Positions 36,847-40,059 of a DNA stretch of 40,059 bases are shown piece by piece; the stretch's first letter is position 1, and each line of letters starts with the position of its first letter. A program made the position numbers and the translations under genes. The notes below the pieces were generated by a model that made no database searches, was not told the origin of the DNA, and was given only the letters and a program-made list of their open reading frames with translations. The stretch is from a virus (Duplodnaviria; Caudoviricetes): the IMG/VR virus record IMGVR_UViG_3300048576_000513, positions 1 to 40,059 of that record; one strand, given 5' to 3'.

Positions 36847-36866
36847 TTTTAACGCGAGGATGAAAA

Positions 36867-37487
36867 ATGGAACGCATCGCTTTTCAGATCGAAGGCATTG
36901 CTCCGATTCTCATGCACGACAATACGCGGCTGGCGAATCCGCTTGATCCGCTGTGCAAGGAGCTGAAATCGGTCACCAGCAAGAAGAAAAAAACCGATTC
37001 CGACTTGGCCGCCATTGCCAAAATCGAGTTTCGCGGCGGTATCTATTTCGATGAGACGGACGGACCCTACATCCCGTCCCGCTGCATCCAGGCTATGCTC
37101 CGGGATGCCGGAACCATCAACAAGCAGGGCCGGGCCGTGAATCGCGGTGTCGTGGTCGTCGAGGACAAGTGTCCGCTCCAGTACGAAGGGCCGCGCACCA
37201 TTGACGCGCTTTTCGAGTCGGGCGAATTTACCGACATGCGCCCGGTGAAGGTCCAGACGTCCACCACCGTGCGCTGCCGGCCCATCTTTCGGGCCTGGGG
37301 CATCAAGTTCACCCTGGCCTTTCAGCCCGACGTCATCAACCGTGAAGAGGTCATCGACATCGTGGAGCGCGCCGGCATGATGACCGGATTGGGCGACTAC
37401 CGGCCCGGTTCTCCCAAGGGGGGCCAGTTCGGTCGCTTCGAGGTGGTGGCCATCGACGGCAAAAAGGTGGCCAAGGAGGCGGCGTAA
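36867..37487 (+). CDS. Stand-alone Cas7/RAMP-superfamily-like protein
   Basis: IEGIAPILMH first strand, PYIP..IQAMLRDA helix, RPIF..W..KFTL, G-rich loop GLGDYRP...GQFGRFEV. Confidence 0.75.
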   Translation: MERIAFQIEGIAPILMHDNTRLANPLDPLCKELKSVTSKKKKTDSDLAAIAKIEFRGGIYFDETDGPYIPSRCIQAMLRDAGTINKQGRAVNRGVVVVEDKCPLQYEGPRTIDALFESGEFTDMRPVKVQTSTTVRCRPIFRAWGIKFTLAFQPDVINREEVIDIVERAGMMTGLGDYRPGSPKGGQFGRFEVVAIDGKKVAKEAA

Positions 37488-37489
37488 TC

Positions 37490-37984
37490 ATGGGTGCCCT
37501 TCGATCCATCCGCGAAGCCCACAAGCCGCCCGAGGGAACGCAATACGACAAGGGGTGGCAAAATGCCCTGGCGGCTTTCGACTCAGCCGATTTTTATCCC
37601 GGCGACATCATCCCCATGGCGTGGTTCTATGAGCACTTCCGGGTCAAGGAGCCTTCGTCTCGCGGGACGATAGCCGAGTTCCAGGAAGAGCAGTTCCGTT
37701 TCCTTGGGGAGATGGACCGCTTCCAGAAGGCCCTGGCCGAGGATTACGACCTCGCTTTGCAAAACGTCCGGGGCGAGGGCTACCGGATCGTTCCGCCGGC
37801 CGAGCAAACGGAATGGGCCATGGACCGAGCGCAGCGGGAATTTGGGAAGGCCCTTTCTCGGGCGCACATGCGCTTGACGCATATTCGGCTGAACGAGCTG
37901 ACCGACGAACAGCGCCGGCAAAACGCCGACGCACAGGCCAAGCTGGCCGCGTTCAGGACGAGGGCCAGGACGGCGTTGGTTTGA
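37490..37984 (+). CDS. Accessory protein of the cassette (winged-helix-like)
   Basis: AGGAGG RBS; wing-like LQNVRGEGYRI; helical C-terminus. Confidence 0.75.
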   Translation: MGALRSIREAHKPPEGTQYDKGWQNALAAFDSADFYPGDIIPMAWFYEHFRVKEPSSRGTIAEFQEEQFRFLGEMDRFQKALAEDYDLALQNVRGEGYRIVPPAEQTEWAMDRAQREFGKALSRAHMRLTHIRLNELTDEQRRQNADAQAKLAAFRTRARTALV

Positions 37985-37992
37985 ATTTTCGT

Positions 37993-38524
37993 GGCAAGGT
38001 CTGGTGGGGTCCGGAAAGGCACGATACGGCTGTGCTGGGTCGAGTTTGGCTTGCCTCAAAGGTCCGGCGGCTTCGGTCGTCGGGCCGAACGAGGTTGGCT
38101 CGGGAGTGGTACGGCTGTGTCTGGTTCTGCACGGCGGGGCGATGTTGGGCGTGGCTTGCCTTCGAGGTGCAGCGGCGAAAGTCGTTGCACTGATCAAGGC
38201 GCGGTCCGGACTGGTTCGGCGGGGACAGGCGCGGCTGGGCAAGGTTCGGCCTTACATGGCCAGGCAGAGCAAGGATTGCCTCCGAGAAGCCGGCGTTTCG
38301 ATCCTGGCTTCGATCGAGGCGGGGAGATGTTGGGTGAAGCCGGTCGATGCACGCCATGGCTCGGTGATGCCGGCCACGGCCAGGCTTGCCTCCGAGGCCC
38401 AGGGAGCAATCCTTGGGCCGATCAAGGCTAGGCACGGTTGGGCGGAGTGTGGCGCTGTTGGGATTGTTGGGCGGTGTTGGGCTTGCCTTGCAGGGGCGTC
38501 AACTCCGATTGGCGTCCCGATCAA
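37993..38524 (+). ncRNA. Downstream array of five GGY-NN tracts, each closed by GGMTTGCCTY, hairpin and GAWCRA
   Basis: Tracts start 37993, 38093, 38198, 38318, 38426; hairpins 38061-86 (UUCG), 38167-90 (GAAA), 38286-311, 38396-419 (GCAA), 38493-518. Confidence 0.88.
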
Positions 38525-38543
38525 GATAAGCAGGAGGAAAGAC

Positions 38544-38792
38544 ATGCCCGATGACCTCACCCGCAAACGCCTCACCATCGCCGCCTTCCACAACGCCACG
38601 GCCGACCACCTGGAGCGCCAGGCCGTTTCCCTCTTCCGCCAGTCCGGCCAGTCCCGGGCGGCGGCGAACTATGCGACCGTCATGCCGGCGGAAGAGGTCG
38701 AGAAGGTGTTCCCGCTGGTCATGGCCGCCATTGAGGAGGCGAAGCGCGGGCAGAGGCTGGCGGGGATGGGGGTGGAGGGAGGCACAAATTAA
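38544..38792 (+). CDS. Small hypothetical protein after the array
   Basis: AGGAGG RBS; MPDDLTRKRL..., 82 aa. Confidence 0.7.
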   Translation: MPDDLTRKRLTIAAFHNATADHLERQAVSLFRQSGQSRAAANYATVMPAEEVEKVFPLVMAAIEEAKRGQRLAGMGVEGGTN

Positions 38793-39325
38793 TTTCCTAC
38801 ACTTCTCCTTCCCGCGCTACACCACCCATACCCTGGCGCCGGCTCAATTCCGGCCGGGAGGAACTTCCTGATCGAGTCCGAGGGATTCCCCTCGGGGCAA
38901 TTCGCCGGGTCAACCGACATCCCCTCCACCGTCGCCCTTGGGATCGCCCCGGGCGGCAGCGAGGGCGGCGCGGTGTAGGAGTAGCCGAGGTAAGCGCCGG
39001 ACGGGCCGTAGAAGGACGTGTGTTGGGCGTGGGCGGGGGAAGTGATATTTTGTGCCATGCCTATTATGACAAGGGCTGCAAGAGCCCAGATGAGGACACA
39101 AACCAGCCTGGGGCGCTCTTGCGTCCAGCTTTGGAACCTGTAGTACCCGCAGGCGTTTTTGAAATCAGTGGCCGTTTCCGTTAAGACATAAGCGTCGTGC
39201 GCTAAGGTTCCTGGGGGTGCCCATCCACAGAGATTTGGCCTGTCCATTTTATACCTCACTGTCAACGGCGACGTGCGGGCGGCGATGCGCTTGCGAGGGG
39301 AGGGGATGCGGGGGACGAATTTCAT
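38789..39325 (-). CDS. Membrane-anchored hypothetical protein
   Basis: TM segment LVCVLIWALAALVIIGMA; start uncertain. Confidence 0.55.
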   Translation of the reverse strand: MKFVPRIPSPRKRIAARTSPLTVRYKMDRPNLCGWAPPGTLAHDAYVLTETATDFKNACGYYRFQSWTQERPRLVCVLIWALAALVIIGMAQNITSPAHAQHTSFYGPSGAYLGYSYTAPPSLPPGAIPRATVEGMSVDPANCPEGNPSDSIRKFLPAGIEPAPGYGWCSAGRRSVGN

Positions 39326-39328
39326 AGG

Positions 39329-39685
39329 TCAACTCTCCACTCCCTGCGTCAGGGTATCGAGCGGGATGCCCAAACCATTATGCAGGGCGTGGGCCATGTC
39401 CAGGGTCAGCCGGCGCTTCCCAGCCAGGACTTCGGACACAACCTCTTCGCTGCCGATGAACGGTTCCAAGCCGCGCGGGGTCAGTCCTCGCTGCTCCATG
39501 GCGAATTGGATGGCTTCATGGGGGGTAGGCTTGGGGATGGGGTAGTGCTCGTCTTCGTAGTCCTCGACGAGCTTGGACCAATGATCCAGGCGTTCGGCGT
39601 CTTCCGTGCCCTCTTGGGCGTGCATGAGCGAAAGGACGGTTTTCAGTGCCTCATCATAGTCTGCTTCCGTCGTAATGCGCTCCAT
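39329..39685 (-). CDS. higA: HigA-like HTH antitoxin
   Basis: ITTEADYDEAL..LVEDYEDEHYPI..MEQRGL..VSEVLAGKRRLT. Confidence 0.88.
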   Translation of the reverse strand: MERITTEADYDEALKTVLSLMHAQEGTEDAERLDHWSKLVEDYEDEHYPIPKPTPHEAIQFAMEQRGLTPRGLEPFIGSEEVVSEVLAGKRRLTLDMAHALHNGLGIPLDTLTQGVES

Positions 39686-39687
39686 AC

Positions 39688-40059
39688 CTACCTCCCCGCC
39701 TGCTTTCTCCCCAGCCCTTCCGCCAGCAACGCCACGGCCAGGGTGTTCATGGACACGCCTTCGATCTCGGCTTGTTGAGCCAGCTTGGCGTGGAGGCTCT
39801 TGGGGGCACGCAGGTTGAACTTGCCGGAAGCTGCTCCCCCGCTTCCCGGGGCCGGGAGCGCGCGTCCGTCCTCCAGGTAAATGGCGATCACCCCTCCCAG
39901 AGCATCGCGGCCATTGGCCAAAGCCTCTTCCGGCGTCTCGCCGTCCGACATGACCGCGCCGGGAAAGTCCGGGAACACGACCAGCCACCCGCCGCCGTCC
40001 TCTTCGGTGAGCGGCGTTATCTGAAAGGGGTAGTCCTCGAACTTCGGCATGGTGGGCAT
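39688..40059 (-). CDS. hicB: HicB family antitoxin
   Basis: EEDGGGWLVVFPDFPG..SDGETPEEAL; RHH SGKFNLRAPKSLH..EGVSMN. Confidence 0.93.
   Translation of the reverse strand: MPTMPKFEDYPFQITPLTEEDGGGWLVVFPDFPGAVMSDGETPEEALANGRDALGGVIAIYLEDGRALPAPGSGGAASGKFNLRAPKSLHAKLAQQAEIEGVSMNTLAVALLAEGLGRKQAGR

Larger units (their letters stand above)
1..40059. mobile_element. Temperate prophage (left end to head genes; continues beyond window)
   Basis: Integrase/excisionase at left edge, divergent immunity region, replication, lysis, terminase, portal and head genes in lambdoid order. att site not in window. Confidence 0.97.

Noticed and set aside
36487-36852. ORFs across the upstream array
   Set aside because: Same artefact; no RBS, low-complexity products.
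5425-37487. Many proteins ending in EAA/GAA
   Set aside because: By-product of the next gene's GGAGG ribosome-binding site overlapping the 3' end.
37993-38524. Canonical CRISPR array
   Set aside because: No identical direct repeats with unique contiguous spacers, and no cas1/cas2/cas6.
37953-38543. ORFs across the downstream array (37991-38431, 5' part of 38004-38792, 37953-38435)
   Set aside because: G/A/R/W-rich translations of a period-5 repeat; the 5-nt register and hairpins argue for RNA function.

Overview
Left ~40 kb of a temperate, lambdoid-organised prophage from a GC-rich bacterium (inferred Desulfovibrio-like from the MucR and CI-type HTH genes; not verifiable here). Gene order: P4-type integrase and excisionase; leftward early arm (ead/Ea22-like, ASCH-like, ADP-ribosyltransferase-like, UvrD helicase, a Rad50/SbcC-like ATPase split over two genes, putative annealing protein); immunity region with matched PL/PR promoters and four operators; rightward early genes (cro-like, cII-like, two ParB-fold proteins, intein-containing C5 methyltransferase, PAPS-reductase-like, MazG-like, replication initiator, MucR, Mor); lysis genes including a patatin; terminase, portal and gp7/MuF head protein; then an accessory cassette and HigA/HicB antitoxins. 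Main finding (36.2-38.5 kb): a stand-alone Cas7/RAMP-like gene and a partner gene flanked by eight non-coding tracts of 5-nt GGY-NN units, the five downstream ones separated by conserved hairpins. Reading only the NN pairs as a gapped NN-x code, the first tract matches in codon phase a site in the adjacent gp7 gene, where this phage's own allele switches abruptly to AT-rich codons. Another tract spells the serine-recombinase motif EWERETISERT. This suggests a wobble-skipping, RNA-guided system against competing elements. Product names come from motif recognition by eye; no searches were run.
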